Assembly: GCA_047638635.1 (NCBI GenBank)
Contig: JBLIMM010000001.1
Span: 1-56,373, forward strand
DNA length: 56,373 nucleotides
Direction: 5' to 3'
Origin: Pseudohongiellaceae bacterium
GTDB taxonomy: Bacteria; Planctomycetota; B15-G4
Shown here: positions 27,320 to 37,182 of the stretch, piece after piece
How positions within the stretch are numbered: position 1 is the stretch's first letter
How the letters are laid out: each line of letters starts with the position of its first letter
Made by a program: the position numbers and the translations under genes
Notes under the pieces: model-generated
The model's input: only the letters and a program-made list of their open reading frames with translations
What the model was told of the DNA's origin: nothing
Database searches by the model: none

Positions 27320-28656
27320 TGAGCCTGATGAGCTTCGTGAGCGGGCGCCGGAGACTGCTGAGCTGTCTGTTGGCTCTGAGCAGTGTGCTGTCTGGAGCGA
27401 CGGTTGCTCAGGGACGGGAGACTGCTGAGCCCAGCTCACAAGACGCTCCGGCAGCCAGTAATGCTCCAGGCACTAATGCTCCAGGCACTAATGCTCCAGG
27501 CACTAATGCTCCAGCCAGTAATGCCCCAGCGGATTCTGCCGACGAGTCGTCCGCTGAACCTGAAACGGTGATCGCTCGGCGTTTGAACGACTCCGTGGCG
27601 GTGCGCTTCGCTGCGGACGGCCAAGAGCGCCTGCTCTATTTTTTCGACCCGCGAGCTGAACTTTCCGTCGGCGACGAGATAGAGCAAGGTCCCAGCGGCC
27701 AAACCACCGTGAATCTGTCCGATGGCGGCCTGCTCGTGATGTACGCATCTGGGCACCTGATTATCGGCGGCTTGGGCACCATGCGCGCTGGCGAAGTCGT
27801 GGACCTGCTGCGCTTCCAGTTGCTGACCACCGCAGAGGTGACCTCACGGGACCGCAAAATCGTCTGCGAGTTGCCCGGTGGCATCGAGGTGGAGTTCCTT
27901 GACGGTCGGATCACCCTGACTGTGGTTCCTGGTCGATTGACAATCCGCAACGAGGGCGGCAATCCCGTGATGGTTCGAGGATTGATGACTCAAGAGGCTG
28001 CATCCACGGTGGTCAGCGGCGAAGGCACCTTGCTCTTGGGCCGGGGCGATGAGGTCGCCATGCCCTACTTCAAACAGCGCAGTCGTCGCCTAGGCGCTGC
28101 GGACGGCACGTGGGCCGGGCTGAGCTTGCGAGATTTAGGCTCACTGGAGTTGGAACAGGACGCTCAGCGCCTCGTGGTCACGTCGAGTAGCACAGCCAAG
28201 GGGCGCGAAGCTTTCACGGTGGGAGGGGTTCGTACCCAACTCCCCGGGGGGATGAGCTTTGTGTTTGAGCGACAACGTCGAGGAGCGCCCTCGGTGATGC
28301 ACCGGGCTGGGCAGCAAGCTGTGCTCCAGCCAGAGCTCCTGCCTGAGTCCCAGGAGCTGACGGCTCCCATGGCAGAGGCTGCTGCTCCCGTTGGAATGTC
28401 CGCGATCGACCTAGAGTTCTTCACCATCGCCCGAGAGAAGGGTCACTCGGTGGAGGATCTTGCCGCCCTGGGATTCTGGGTCGCACCGTCGGTCTTGGCA
28501 GAGTACGAGAAAATGATGGCTCAGGCAGACTCGGGTGAAGATGCCCCGGCTGCCGAAGAGATGGGCGGTGATCTCAGTGAAGATCCTCCCAGCGAGCCCT
28601 TAGACGAGACATTAAGCGAAGCCGGCGAGAACGGCGACGCAGACGAAACTTTCTGA
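27319..28656 (+). CDS. secreted hypothetical protein with NAPGT pentapeptide repeats and acidic C-terminus
   Basis: Signal-peptide-like MSLMSFVSGRRRLLSCLLALSSVLSGATVAQG. The start overlaps the accC stop (TTGATG). No family recognised. Confidence 0.7.
   Translation: MSLMSFVSGRRRLLSCLLALSSVLSGATVAQGRETAEPSSQDAPAASNAPGTNAPGTNAPGTNAPASNAPADSADESSAEPETVIARRLNDSVAVRFAADGQERLLYFFDPRAELSVGDEIEQGPSGQTTVNLSDGGLLVMYASGHLIIGGLGTMRAGEVVDLLRFQLLTTAEVTSRDRKIVCELPGGIEVEFLDGRITLTVVPGRLTIRNEGGNPVMVRGLMTQEAASTVVSGEGTLLLGRGDEVAMPYFKQRSRRLGAADGTWAGLSLRDLGSLELEQDAQRLVVTSSSTAKGREAFTVGGVRTQLPGGMSFVFERQRRGAPSVMHRAGQQAVLQPELLPESQELTAPMAEAAAPVGMSAIDLEFFTIAREKGHSVEDLAALGFWVAPSVLAEYEKMMAQADSGEDAPAAEEMGGDLSEDPPSEPLDETLSEAGENGDADETF
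27451..27534 (+). repeat. in-frame 15-bp tandem repeat (aatgctccaggcact, 3 perfect plus 2-3 degenerate copies)
   Basis: Read directly. It encodes ASNAPGTNAPGTNAPGTNAPASNAPADS. Confidence 0.9.
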
Positions 28657-28672
28657 TCCGGCCACGGCCGGA
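28657..28672 (+). terminator. GC-rich hairpin immediately after the stop codon
   Basis: tccggcc-ac-ggccgga is a perfect palindrome starting 1 nt after TGA 28654-28656. There is no clear U-tract. Confidence 0.4.
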
Positions 28673-28713
28673 GCTACAGATCACGCAATGCAAAGCAACT
28701 TGGAGTTCAGAAC

Positions 28714-29649
28714 ATGAGGGCAGTCGTCACAGGTGGTGCGGGCTTCTTGGGATCGCATCTGTGCGAGCGACTTATCGCAGAGGGCTGGGATGTTATCTGT
28801 ATGGACAACCTCAGTACCGGCGACATTGCCAACGTCGAACATTTGTTCGACACCGGCAAGTTCACCTTCGTGAACGTCGACGTCACCAACTTTATTCACG
28901 TGTCTGGTGACGTCCACCGCGTCTTCCACTTTGCTTCGCCAGCGAGCCCGATCGACTACCTCGAGATGCCGATTCCCACCTTGAAGGTGGGCTCTCTGGG
29001 GACGCACAAGGCGCTGGGCTTGGCCCATGCCAAGGGTGCTCGCCTGCTGATGGCTTCCACTAGTGAGTGCTACGGCGACCCCACTGAGCATCCTCAGAAG
29101 GAATCGTACTGGGGCAATGTGAACCCCGTGGGCCCTCGTGGTGTCTACGACGAGGCCAAGCGCTTCAGCGAAGCCATGGTCATGGCCTACCACCGTTTCC
29201 ACGGGCTGGAGACGCGCATCGTGCGCATCTTCAACACCTACGGACCGCGCATGCGACTGAACGACGGTCGCGCCCTGCCTGCCTTTATGGGCCAAGCCTT
29301 GCGCGGCGAGGACATCACCGTTTTCGGCGATGGTTCACAGACCCGTTCGTTCTGCTACGTAGACGATCTCATCGAGGGAATTTGGCGCTTGTCCGAGAGC
29401 GACGAGCCTTTTCCGGTGAACATCGGCAACCCCACCGAGATGACCATCAAGGAGTTCGCCGACAAGATCGTCGAGCTCACCGGCACGGGATCCAAGATCA
29501 CCTACCACGATCTGCCTGAAGATGATCCGAAGCAGCGTCAGCCGGACATCACCCGCGCCAGGGAGATTCTGGGCTGGGAGCCCGAGGTTGTCCTGGCAGA
29601 CGGTTTGGCCAGGACCCTGGCCTACTTCAAGGGCAAGGTAGGCGCCTGA
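28714..29649 (+). CDS. UDP-glucuronate decarboxylase (UDP-xylose synthase)
   Basis: [12 protein letters not shown]...[36 protein letters not shown]...[10 protein letters not shown]...[14 protein letters not shown] is the characteristic UXS pattern. Confidence 0.92.
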   Translation: MRAVVTGGAGFLGSHLCERLIAEGWDVICMDNLSTGDIANVEHLFDTGKFTFVNVDVTNFIHVSGDVHRVFHFASPASPIDYLEMPIPTLKVGSLGTHKALGLAHAKGARLLMASTSECYGDPTEHPQKESYWGNVNPVGPRGVYDEAKRFSEAMVMAYHRFHGLETRIVRIFNTYGPRMRLNDGRALPAFMGQALRGEDITVFGDGSQTRSFCYVDDLIEGIWRLSESDEPFPVNIGNPTEMTIKEFADKIVELTGTGSKITYHDLPEDDPKQRQPDITRAREILGWEPEVVLADGLARTLAYFKGKVGA

Positions 29650-29650
29650 C

Positions 29651-31486
29651 GTGTGCGGCATTATCGGGGTCACCGGCCTCGCTGAGGCCAGTCGGCTTAT
29701 TGTCGATGGCTTGCGCACGCTCGAGTATCGGGGCTACGACTCCGCAGGCATTGCCATCTTGGACGATGGTGAGCTGAGCCTGATTCGGCGGGCCGGCAAG
29801 TTGTCCGTATTGATCGGTGCTTTGGAGGAGCATGAGCCCTTCGGGAGCACCGGTATTGGTCATACCCGTTGGGCTACTCACGGCCCGCCAACGGAGCGCA
29901 ACGCACACCCAATTGCCAGTAATAGTGAGCGGGTAGCGGTCGTTCACAACGGCATCGTCGAGAACTTTGAGAGCCTCAAGGCCGAGCTCATAGGAGCGGG
30001 CGTTGAGTTTCATACCGACACCGACACCGAGGTCATCGCCAACCTCATCGAGGCCGAGCTCGCTGCAGGGAAAGATCTTCCCGAGGCAGTGCGTGCGGCA
30101 GCTCATCGCCTTGAGGGTAGCTACGCTCTCGGAGTGGTCAGCGCAGATCATCCGGACATGATCGTGGGCGTGCGGCAACAGTCGCCCTTGGTTGTGGGCA
30201 TCGCGGAGGGGGCGGCCTTTCTCGCCAGTGACATCCCAGCGCTGCTGGCCCACACCCGGAGCATGATCCCTCTTGATGACGGCGACGTAGTGGTGTTGCG
30301 TCCCTCGGGCATCGCAGTCACTGACCTTGCTGGCGAGCCAGTGCAACGGCCAGAACGCCATATCAACTGGGACCCGGTGACGGTGCAGAAGGCGGGCTAC
30401 CGGCACTTTATGCTCAAGGAAATCGACGAGCAGCCCGCGGCGGTTTCGGCCACCATGGTGTCGCGTATCGATGAGGCCACCGGGTCGATCCACATGGAGG
30501 CCTTGGACGTGCTTGGCGACCGCCTGGACGCGGTGAAGCGCATGACCTTCGTGGCTTGTGGCACCAGCTGGCACGCGGGCTTGGCCGGCAAGTTCTACAT
30601 CGAGAATCTCGTCGGCATCCCTGTGGACGTGGATTACGCGTCAGAGTTCCGCTACCGCAACACGAGCTCTGGTCCCGATCACCTGATCGTGCCCATTACT
30701 CAGTCGGGGGAGACCCTGGACACCTTGGCAGCCCTGCGGGATGTGCGTAAGACCGGCGCGCCGATTGTGTCCATTGTGAACGTCCCAGACAGCTCTGCGA
30801 TTCGCGAGTCGGATGCCAGTATCTTGACCCTCGCTGGGCCTGAGATTGGCGTGGCGTCGACCAAGGCTTTCACCACACAGCTCGTAGCTTTGTACATGCT
30901 GGCCTTGGACATCGCTGTGCGCAAAGGCGTCATGACCCACGACGAAGTGGCTGCACGCATCGCGCCCTTGCGTCGGGTTCGATTTGCCATGGAAGGCGCC
31001 TTGCGGAACGCAGACAAAGTCGCAGCCGTAGCCCATCGCTTCGCTGAGGCCCGAGACTTCTTGTTCTTGGGCAGAGGCGTGAACTATCCCATTGCCCTCG
31101 AGGGGGCGCTCAAGCTCAAAGAGATCAGCTACATCCACGCAGAGGGTTACCCCGCTGGTGAGATGAAGCATGGTCCCATTGCCTTGATTGATTCAGCCAT
31201 GCCAGTGGTGGTCATTGCCACTCCCGGTGCGGTGTACGAGAAGGTGCTGGCCAACATCCAAGAAGTTCGTTCGCGGGGCGGCGTGGTGATTGCCGTCTGC
31301 GCTGAGGGCGACGAACGGGTGGCGGCCCTAGCCGATGAAGTCCTGGAAGTCCCCCACGTAGACGAAGACCTTTCGCCGTTGGTTAACGTTGTCCCTCTGC
31401 AACAGCTTGCGTATTACGTGGCTGAGCGCAGAGGTTGCGACATTGACCAACCTCGCAATCTAGCCAAGAGCGTGACAGTAGAGTAA
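29651..31486 (+). CDS. glmS: glutamine--fructose-6-phosphate aminotransferase
   Basis: (M)CGIIGV Ntn-Cys start, two SIS domains, and a C-terminal ...NLAKSVTVE. 611 aa. Confidence 0.97.
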   Translation: MCGIIGVTGLAEASRLIVDGLRTLEYRGYDSAGIAILDDGELSLIRRAGKLSVLIGALEEHEPFGSTGIGHTRWATHGPPTERNAHPIASNSERVAVVHNGIVENFESLKAELIGAGVEFHTDTDTEVIANLIEAELAAGKDLPEAVRAAAHRLEGSYALGVVSADHPDMIVGVRQQSPLVVGIAEGAAFLASDIPALLAHTRSMIPLDDGDVVVLRPSGIAVTDLAGEPVQRPERHINWDPVTVQKAGYRHFMLKEIDEQPAAVSATMVSRIDEATGSIHMEALDVLGDRLDAVKRMTFVACGTSWHAGLAGKFYIENLVGIPVDVDYASEFRYRNTSSGPDHLIVPITQSGETLDTLAALRDVRKTGAPIVSIVNVPDSSAIRESDASILTLAGPEIGVASTKAFTTQLVALYMLALDIAVRKGVMTHDEVAARIAPLRRVRFAMEGALRNADKVAAVAHRFAEARDFLFLGRGVNYPIALEGALKLKEISYIHAEGYPAGEMKHGPIALIDSAMPVVVIATPGAVYEKVLANIQEVRSRGGVVIAVCAEGDERVAALADEVLEVPHVDEDLSPLVNVVPLQQLAYYVAERRGCDIDQPRNLAKSVTVE

Positions 31487-32457
31487 TGAGCAGTCGCATC
31501 CTGTTGACCGGCGCGGCCGGTTTTATTGGTAGCCACCTTTCTGAGCGGCTTCTGGCCCGGGGCGACACAGTTGTCGGCCTGGATAACTTCAACGACTTCT
31601 ACGACCCGGCCATCAAGCGCGGGCATGCCAAGTTGTTGAGTGCACATGAAGGCTTCACTCTCGTTGAAGGTGACATTCGCAATCGGGACTTGCTCAAGCG
31701 CATTTTCGATGAGCAGCAGCCCGACTCAGTGATTCACCTCGCAGCCATGGCTGGTGTGCGTCCGTCACTGGAAGACCCGGGGCTTTACCACGACGTGAAC
31801 TGCACGGGCACGGCACTGCTCCTCGACGCCGCTCGTCTCGCTGGCTGCCAGCGCTTCGTTTTCGGCAGCAGCTCGTCGGTCTACGGGGGTAACGAATCTG
31901 TGCCCTTCCGTGAGGTCGACGACGTGTCTGGCCCGGTGTCGCCCTACGCTGCCACCAAGCGCAGCAACGAGCTGACCTGTCACACATTTCACCATCTCTA
32001 CGGCATGGACATCGCCTGCCTGCGTTTCTTCACCGTGTACGGTCCGCGCCAGCGCCCCGAGATGGCCATCCATAAGTTCGTGCGTCTCATCGAGCAGGGT
32101 GCAGCGGTGCCAGTTTTCGGCGACGGCAGCTCCGAGCGCGACTACACCTTCGTCGACGACATCATGGATGGGGTGCTCAAGGCCCACGACAAGAGCAAGG
32201 GCTTCCGCATCTTTAACCTGGGTGAGTCGTCCACCATTAGCTTGCGCGATCTCGTGGCGGCCATCGGCAAAGCTGTGGGCAAAGAGCCCCTTGTCGACTG
32301 GCAGCCCATGCAACCCGGCGATGTTCACCGCACCTTCGCTGACGTGTCTCGAGCCCGGGACGAGTTGGGCTACGCTCCTTCGGTAGACGTCGAAGAGGGA
32401 CTCGCGCGCTTCGTGGCTTGGTACCGCAGTGCTGAGGGTCCTGGGGGCGCGGCATGA
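31486..32457 (+). CDS. NAD-dependent epimerase, UDP-glucuronate 4-epimerase-like
   Basis: LTGAAGFIGSHL...NFNDFYDP..K...SPYAATKRSNE...RFFTVYGPRQRPEMA resembles GlcA 4-epimerases (Cap1J/GAE type). TAATG start/stop overlap. Confidence 0.85.
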   Translation: MSSRILLTGAAGFIGSHLSERLLARGDTVVGLDNFNDFYDPAIKRGHAKLLSAHEGFTLVEGDIRNRDLLKRIFDEQQPDSVIHLAAMAGVRPSLEDPGLYHDVNCTGTALLLDAARLAGCQRFVFGSSSSVYGGNESVPFREVDDVSGPVSPYAATKRSNELTCHTFHHLYGMDIACLRFFTVYGPRQRPEMAIHKFVRLIEQGAAVPVFGDGSSERDYTFVDDIMDGVLKAHDKSKGFRIFNLGESSTISLRDLVAAIGKAVGKEPLVDWQPMQPGDVHRTFADVSRARDELGYAPSVDVEEGLARFVAWYRSAEGPGGAA

Positions 32458-33395
32458 CCCGGGTTCTGGTGACCGGCGGTGCCGGGTTTATTGGCAGCCA
32501 CATCGCCGAGGCGCTTCTAGCTCGGGGCGACCAGGTCGTGGTTGTTGATGATTTCAGCTCTGGCTACCAGGCGAATCTCCCCGAAGGGGTGCAGCTGGTC
32601 CGGGGCGATCTCGCTGATCTCGAAGTGGCTCGGGCCGCGGTCAAAGGCTGCGACCAGGTGGTGCATTGCGCCGCTCAGCCCTCGGTGATCAAGTCAGTAG
32701 AAGACCCCATCACTAGCAACCGTTGCAACCTCGGCTCGGCCACGAGCTTGGTGGTGGCAGCCCGCGAGGCCGGGGTTCAGCGCATCGTCTATTCGGGCAG
32801 CTCGGCGGTTTACGGCGATCGAGTCGAAGGCTCGGCAAGCGAGGACGCCCGTGAGGCCCCTGTGTCGCCCTACGGCATGAACAAGCTCGCCGCGGAGCAG
32901 CTGTTCCGCATGTGCCCTGAGCTGTTTGGCATCGATACAGTGTGCCTGCGCTACTTCAACGTCTTCGGCCCGCGGCAAGATCCGTCATCGCCCTACTCCG
33001 GCGTGATTTCGATCTTCGTCATGCGCGCACTGGCGGGGAAGTCGCCCATGATTTATGGGGATGGGCTGCAAACTCGCGACTTCACCTACGTCTCGGACAT
33101 CGTCTCTGCCAACTTGGCCGCCCTCGACGTGCCGTCTGGCGACGGGAAGGTGGTCAACGTGGGTGGGGGCGTAGGCATCAGCTTGATGGAGGTCTGGAAC
33201 ACCATTCGCGAGGTCTGCGGGCGCCCAGAGCTAGAGGCTGACCATGGCGAGGCACGGCTGGGCGACATCGTTCATAGCCGAGCAGCGGTAGAAGTCGCTC
33301 ACTCCACCCTGGGGTTCTCCACGCAGGTTTCCTTGGCTGACGGGCTCAGCTCTACCGTTGCGTGGTATCGTTCCCGACCCAACTCCGACAGCTGA
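32454..33395 (+). CDS. NAD-dependent epimerase/dehydratase (extended SDR, GalE-like)
   Basis: [12 protein letters not shown]...SPYGMNKLAAE...RYFNVFGPRQDP. ATGA overlap with the upstream stop. Confidence 0.85.
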   Translation: MTRVLVTGGAGFIGSHIAEALLARGDQVVVVDDFSSGYQANLPEGVQLVRGDLADLEVARAAVKGCDQVVHCAAQPSVIKSVEDPITSNRCNLGSATSLVVAAREAGVQRIVYSGSSAVYGDRVEGSASEDAREAPVSPYGMNKLAAEQLFRMCPELFGIDTVCLRYFNVFGPRQDPSSPYSGVISIFVMRALAGKSPMIYGDGLQTRDFTYVSDIVSANLAALDVPSGDGKVVNVGGGVGISLMEVWNTIREVCGRPELEADHGEARLGDIVHSRAAVEVAHSTLGFSTQVSLADGLSSTVAWYRSRPNSDS

Positions 33396-33470
33396 GGCTC
33401 ACCCAAGCAGGGTGGCCTGGGCGCTCGGGGTGTTTCTTTCCCCCTCTGACCACGACCGGGCTCGACCTCG

Positions 33471-34208
33471 ATGAAAGGCGTCATCCTCGCTGGTGGCCTC
33501 GGTAGCCGTTTGCTGCCGTTGACCAAGATCACCAACAAGCACCTGCTGCCGGTTTACGATCGGCCGATGATCTACTACCCCATTGAGTGTCTGCGCAACG
33601 CGGGCATCAAGGACATCCTGATTGTCACGGGTGGTAATAGCGCGGGGGACTTCCTGCGCTTGCTAGAAAACGGTGATGAACTCGACGTCAATCTGAGCTA
33701 CGCCTATCAGCGTGGGGAGGGTGGCATCGCCGATGCCTTACGTCTCGCTGAGCGTTTTGCTGCGGGCGACTCGATCTGTGTAGTCCTGGGGGACAACATC
33801 ATCGAGAAGAACATCGCAGCCACCGTGGCGAAGTACGAAGCTCGGGGAGAAGGCGCCTGCATCCTGCTGAAAGAAGTTCACGACCCTGAACGCTTCGGGG
33901 TCGCGATCATCGGCGGTGAGAACGGCGACCGTGTTGAGCGCATTATTGAGAAGCCCAAGGACCCGCCCAGCAACCAGGCTGTCATTGGCATCTATATGTA
34001 CGACAACAGCGTCTTCGAGATCATCAAGACGTTGAAGCCCAGCGAGCGCGACGAACTCGAGATCACCGACGTGAACAATGCCTTCATCGATAAGGGGCAG
34101 ATGTTCTACGGCGAGCTCGACGGTTGGTGGACTGACGCGGGCACTTGCCAGAGCTTGCTCCGGGCGGCGAATCTCGTCGCCGAGGGCGGTGCCAACAAGG
34201 CCGACTGA
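33471..34208 (+). CDS. glucose-1-phosphate thymidylyltransferase-like sugar nucleotidyltransferase (short, SpsI-like)
   Basis: MKGVILAGGLGSRLLPLTKITNKHLLPVYDRPMIYYPI is the canonical RmlA N-terminus. At 245 aa it is shorter than the classical ~290-aa RmlA. Confidence 0.88.
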   Translation: MKGVILAGGLGSRLLPLTKITNKHLLPVYDRPMIYYPIECLRNAGIKDILIVTGGNSAGDFLRLLENGDELDVNLSYAYQRGEGGIADALRLAERFAAGDSICVVLGDNIIEKNIAATVAKYEARGEGACILLKEVHDPERFGVAIIGGENGDRVERIIEKPKDPPSNQAVIGIYMYDNSVFEIIKTLKPSERDELEITDVNNAFIDKGQMFYGELDGWWTDAGTCQSLLRAANLVAEGGANKAD

Positions 34209-34210
34209 CC

Positions 34211-35080
34211 ATGCGGGTTCTTGTCACAGGTGCCGAGGGGATGCTCGGCCATGCGTTTGCGAGCAGTTGTCCCGCCGACGTTGAGCTGATAGCCACAGAC
34301 GTGGCTGAGTTGGACATCACCGACACCTCCATGGTCGCCGCGAAAGTGGCCGAGGTGCGTCCCGATGCTCTGGTGAACTTAGCTGCGTACACCGCCGTGG
34401 ACGATTGCGAGAGCCACGAGAGCTTGGCCTTGTCGATCAACGGTGCGGGTCCGGGTTTCCTTGCGGGTGCCTGCTCGAAAGCGGGAATCCCGTTGCTCCA
34501 TGTGTCCACCGATTACGTCTTCGATGGGGGCTTGGCCGAGGGCGCTGAGTACAGCGAGGCAGATGCAACGGGACCGTTGTCTGCCTACGGACGCACCAAG
34601 CTTGCGGGAGAGTTGGCGGTGGCCGCTGCCACCAGCGATTACTGGATCGTCCGCACCCAATGGCTCTACGGTATCGGCGGCCCCAATTTCGTCGAGACCA
34701 TGTTGCGCCTGGCTGGTGAGCGAGACACGCTCACGGTGGTCAACGATCAGTGGGGCAGTCCCACTTCGACCCACACCCTGGCGCCCGTGCTCTGGGCCAT
34801 GCTTCAACAGCGCCCGGCATTTGGCATCTACCATGGGGTGAATCGCGGCAGTTGCTCGTGGTTCGACTTTGCGCGAGAGATCTTCGCCCAGTCGAAGCTG
34901 AGCATCACCGTTGATCCCATGGACAGCACCGCACTGCAGCGCCCAGCCCCTCGGCCAGCCCGGTCGATCCTGGGCACAGGCAAGCTGCGCAGTGCCTTGA
35001 ACCAAGACATCACTCCATGGGCCGAGGCCCTGGCTGATTACCTGCAGCGTCGAAAGACCGTTTCGGACAGCACACCATGA
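34211..35080 (+). CDS. rfbD: dTDP-4-dehydrorhamnose reductase
   Basis: [13 protein letters not shown]...[13 protein letters not shown]...STDYVFDG...YGRTKLAGE...RTQWLYG. ATG 34211 lies 2 nt after the upstream stop. Confidence 0.9.
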   Translation: MRVLVTGAEGMLGHAFASSCPADVELIATDVAELDITDTSMVAAKVAEVRPDALVNLAAYTAVDDCESHESLALSINGAGPGFLAGACSKAGIPLLHVSTDYVFDGGLAEGAEYSEADATGPLSAYGRTKLAGELAVAAATSDYWIVRTQWLYGIGGPNFVETMLRLAGERDTLTVVNDQWGSPTSTHTLAPVLWAMLQQRPAFGIYHGVNRGSCSWFDFAREIFAQSKLSITVDPMDSTALQRPAPRPARSILGTGKLRSALNQDITPWAEALADYLQRRKTVSDSTP

Positions 35081-36096
35081 AGATTCTTGTGACCGGCGGT
35101 GCCGGGTTTATTGGCAGCAATTTTGTCTTGGGACTGCGCAAGACCCGCCCCGATGTGACCATCGTCAACGTCGATTTGCTGACCTACGCAGGCAACCTGG
35201 AGAACCTGACGGCGCTCGAGCAGGACCCCGGACATCTCTTCGTTCGAGCCGATGTGGCTGACCGCGAAGAACTCGACCCGGTCTTTGCCGAGCACAAGTT
35301 CGACGGCGTGATCCACTTTGCGGCAGAGAGCCACGTGGATCGCTCGATCCTCGATGCTACGCCGTTCGTGCGGAACAATATCCTGGGCACCCAAGTGCTT
35401 CTCGACCTGGCCCGTGCGCACAAGGTCGAGCGCTTCTTGCAGGTCTCCACGGACGAGGTCTACGGAGCACTCGGAGCCGAAGGCCTGTTCAGCGAGACCA
35501 CGCCTCTCGCACCCAACTCGCCTTACTCAGCCAGCAAAGCCGGCGCCGACATGCTCGTGCGCGCGGCTCATGAGACCCACGGCTACAACGTCTCGATCAC
35601 CCGCTGTTCCAACAACTACGGCGCCTATCAGTTCCCCGAGAAACTGATCCCCCTGATGATCGCCAACGCCCTCGAAGACAAGCCCCTGCCGGTCTATGGC
35701 GATGGCATGCAAATTCGCGATTGGCTCCACGTGAGCGATCACTGCTCTGCCCTGTGGACGGTCTTTGAGAAGGGTGCTCCGGGCTCCGTCTACAACATTG
35801 GCGGCAATAACGAATGTGCCAACATTGATGTTGTGAAGCTGCTACTCAAGATTCTCGACAAGCCTCTCTCGCTGATCGAGTACGTCACGGACCGTTTGGG
35901 ACACGATCGCCGTTACGCCATTGACGCGACCTTGATCCGAGACGACCTAGGTTGGGAGCCTCAACGGCGCTTTGACGAGGCCCTGCCGGAGACGGTGCAG
36001 TGGTACCTGGACAACCGTTCCTGGTGGGAGCGGGTTCGCTCTGGAGCCTATCGCGACTACTACGAGCAGCAGTACGGCGACCGCATAGGCAGCTGA
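35077..36096 (+). CDS. rfbB: dTDP-glucose 4,6-dehydratase
   Basis: [16 protein letters not shown]...[12 protein letters not shown]...STDEVYG...[14 protein letters not shown]...[21 protein letters not shown] overlap with rfbD. Confidence 0.95.
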   Translation: MKILVTGGAGFIGSNFVLGLRKTRPDVTIVNVDLLTYAGNLENLTALEQDPGHLFVRADVADREELDPVFAEHKFDGVIHFAAESHVDRSILDATPFVRNNILGTQVLLDLARAHKVERFLQVSTDEVYGALGAEGLFSETTPLAPNSPYSASKAGADMLVRAAHETHGYNVSITRCSNNYGAYQFPEKLIPLMIANALEDKPLPVYGDGMQIRDWLHVSDHCSALWTVFEKGAPGSVYNIGGNNECANIDVVKLLLKILDKPLSLIEYVTDRLGHDRRYAIDATLIRDDLGWEPQRRFDEALPETVQWYLDNRSWWERVRSGAYRDYYEQQYGDRIGS

Positions 36097-36335
36097 CCCC
36101 CCGAGGCCCTCCGTCTTTGGGGCTCCTTCTGAGCCAACATCGCCGAAGCGAATCACCGATAGGGGTGGATTTTTGGCCCCAAACGGTCGATATCAGTTGT
36201 GACGTTGAGTTTATTGCCTGAGCCATCAACGGAACCTCTCGCCCTGCCGGTGGTTTCGTTTCTTGTCTTGGGCGTTGTCGTTTTTCAGCGTTACAAGGCT
36301 GTTCCTTTACCGATGAGCGAGACTGGAGATTGTTG

Positions 36336-37142
36336 ATGTCCGCAGCAGCCATGGGCCGCGGACCCTGGATGGTGATCCTTTTGGCTTGCCTTGTGGGGTG
36401 CGAGACCACAGGAGACGACGCACGGGTCCTTCAGGTTCTCAACCAACGAGGCTTCGGCCGTCCCACCCAAGACGCCAACCGCCAGTACTACCTTGGCATT
36501 GGCGACCGGGTGGTGATACGGGCTCCTGACTTCAAAGAGTACTCCGGGCAGAGCGAGGCCATTCGCATGGATGGCACGGTGACCTTGGCAGACGTGGGGG
36601 AGATCTACCTCAACGGCTTGACCCCGGATGAGGCCACCCAGGTGGTCCAGGAGCACTACTCGCATCTCGTGCTGGACGTGGACTCGTTTATCGTCGTGGT
36701 CACATCGATCACTTCGAAGCAGTACTACGTTACCGGTGTGCCGCCCTACAAGCCCCAGCGCGTGAAGTTCGAGGGAGACACGCTGCTGTTCGACGCGCTG
36801 ATCAGCGCGATCCAAGACGAGAACTTAGTCGACACTGACAAGATCATGGTCCTGCGAGGCGACCCGGAAAACCCGCTACAAATCGCCTGCGATTACAACG
36901 CCATTCGCTCCGAAGGGCTCACCCGGGACAATATCCTGATTCGCGAGAACGACATCATCTATCTGACGCCATCATGGATCGGGTACATCGCTTGGTTCGT
37001 CACGAAGTTGACCGCCCCGCTGACTCCGATTCGCGACCTTTTGACAGGAGCAAATCAGACCGTGTCTACCGTGAATAGCTTCGGCCAACTGGGCAACAAC
37101 AACAACAACAACAACAACAACAAGTTCAACCAGTTCAACTAG
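36336..37142 (+). CDS. polysaccharide export protein (Wza/Poly_export family lipoprotein) with poly-Asn C-terminus
   Basis: Lipobox-like ILLACLVGC. Poly_export motif YYLGIGDRVVIRAP...IRMDGTVTLADVGEIYLNGLTPDEA. GGAG lies 8 nt upstream of ATG 36336. Confidence 0.85.
   Translation: MSAAAMGRGPWMVILLACLVGCETTGDDARVLQVLNQRGFGRPTQDANRQYYLGIGDRVVIRAPDFKEYSGQSEAIRMDGTVTLADVGEIYLNGLTPDEATQVVQEHYSHLVLDVDSFIVVVTSITSKQYYVTGVPPYKPQRVKFEGDTLLFDALISAIQDENLVDTDKIMVLRGDPENPLQIACDYNAIRSEGLTRDNILIRENDIIYLTPSWIGYIAWFVTKLTAPLTPIRDLLTGANQTVSTVNSFGQLGNNNNNNNNNKFNQFN
37095..37121 (+). repeat. (AAC)9 trinucleotide microsatellite inside the coding sequence
   Basis: Nine consecutive AAC codons, read directly, encoding N9 near the C-terminus of the Wza-like protein. 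Confidence 0.95.
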
Positions 37143-37182
37143 CCCTGACCGCACCTTAGATCCACTGAGTTCTTTCTGAGCA

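Noticed and set aside
36116-36183. The 8-bp inverted repeat tttggggc / gccccaaa downstream of rfbB, as a terminator.
   Set aside because: The arms are separated by 52 nt with no obvious internal pairing and no U-tract. It is not convincing as an intrinsic terminator.
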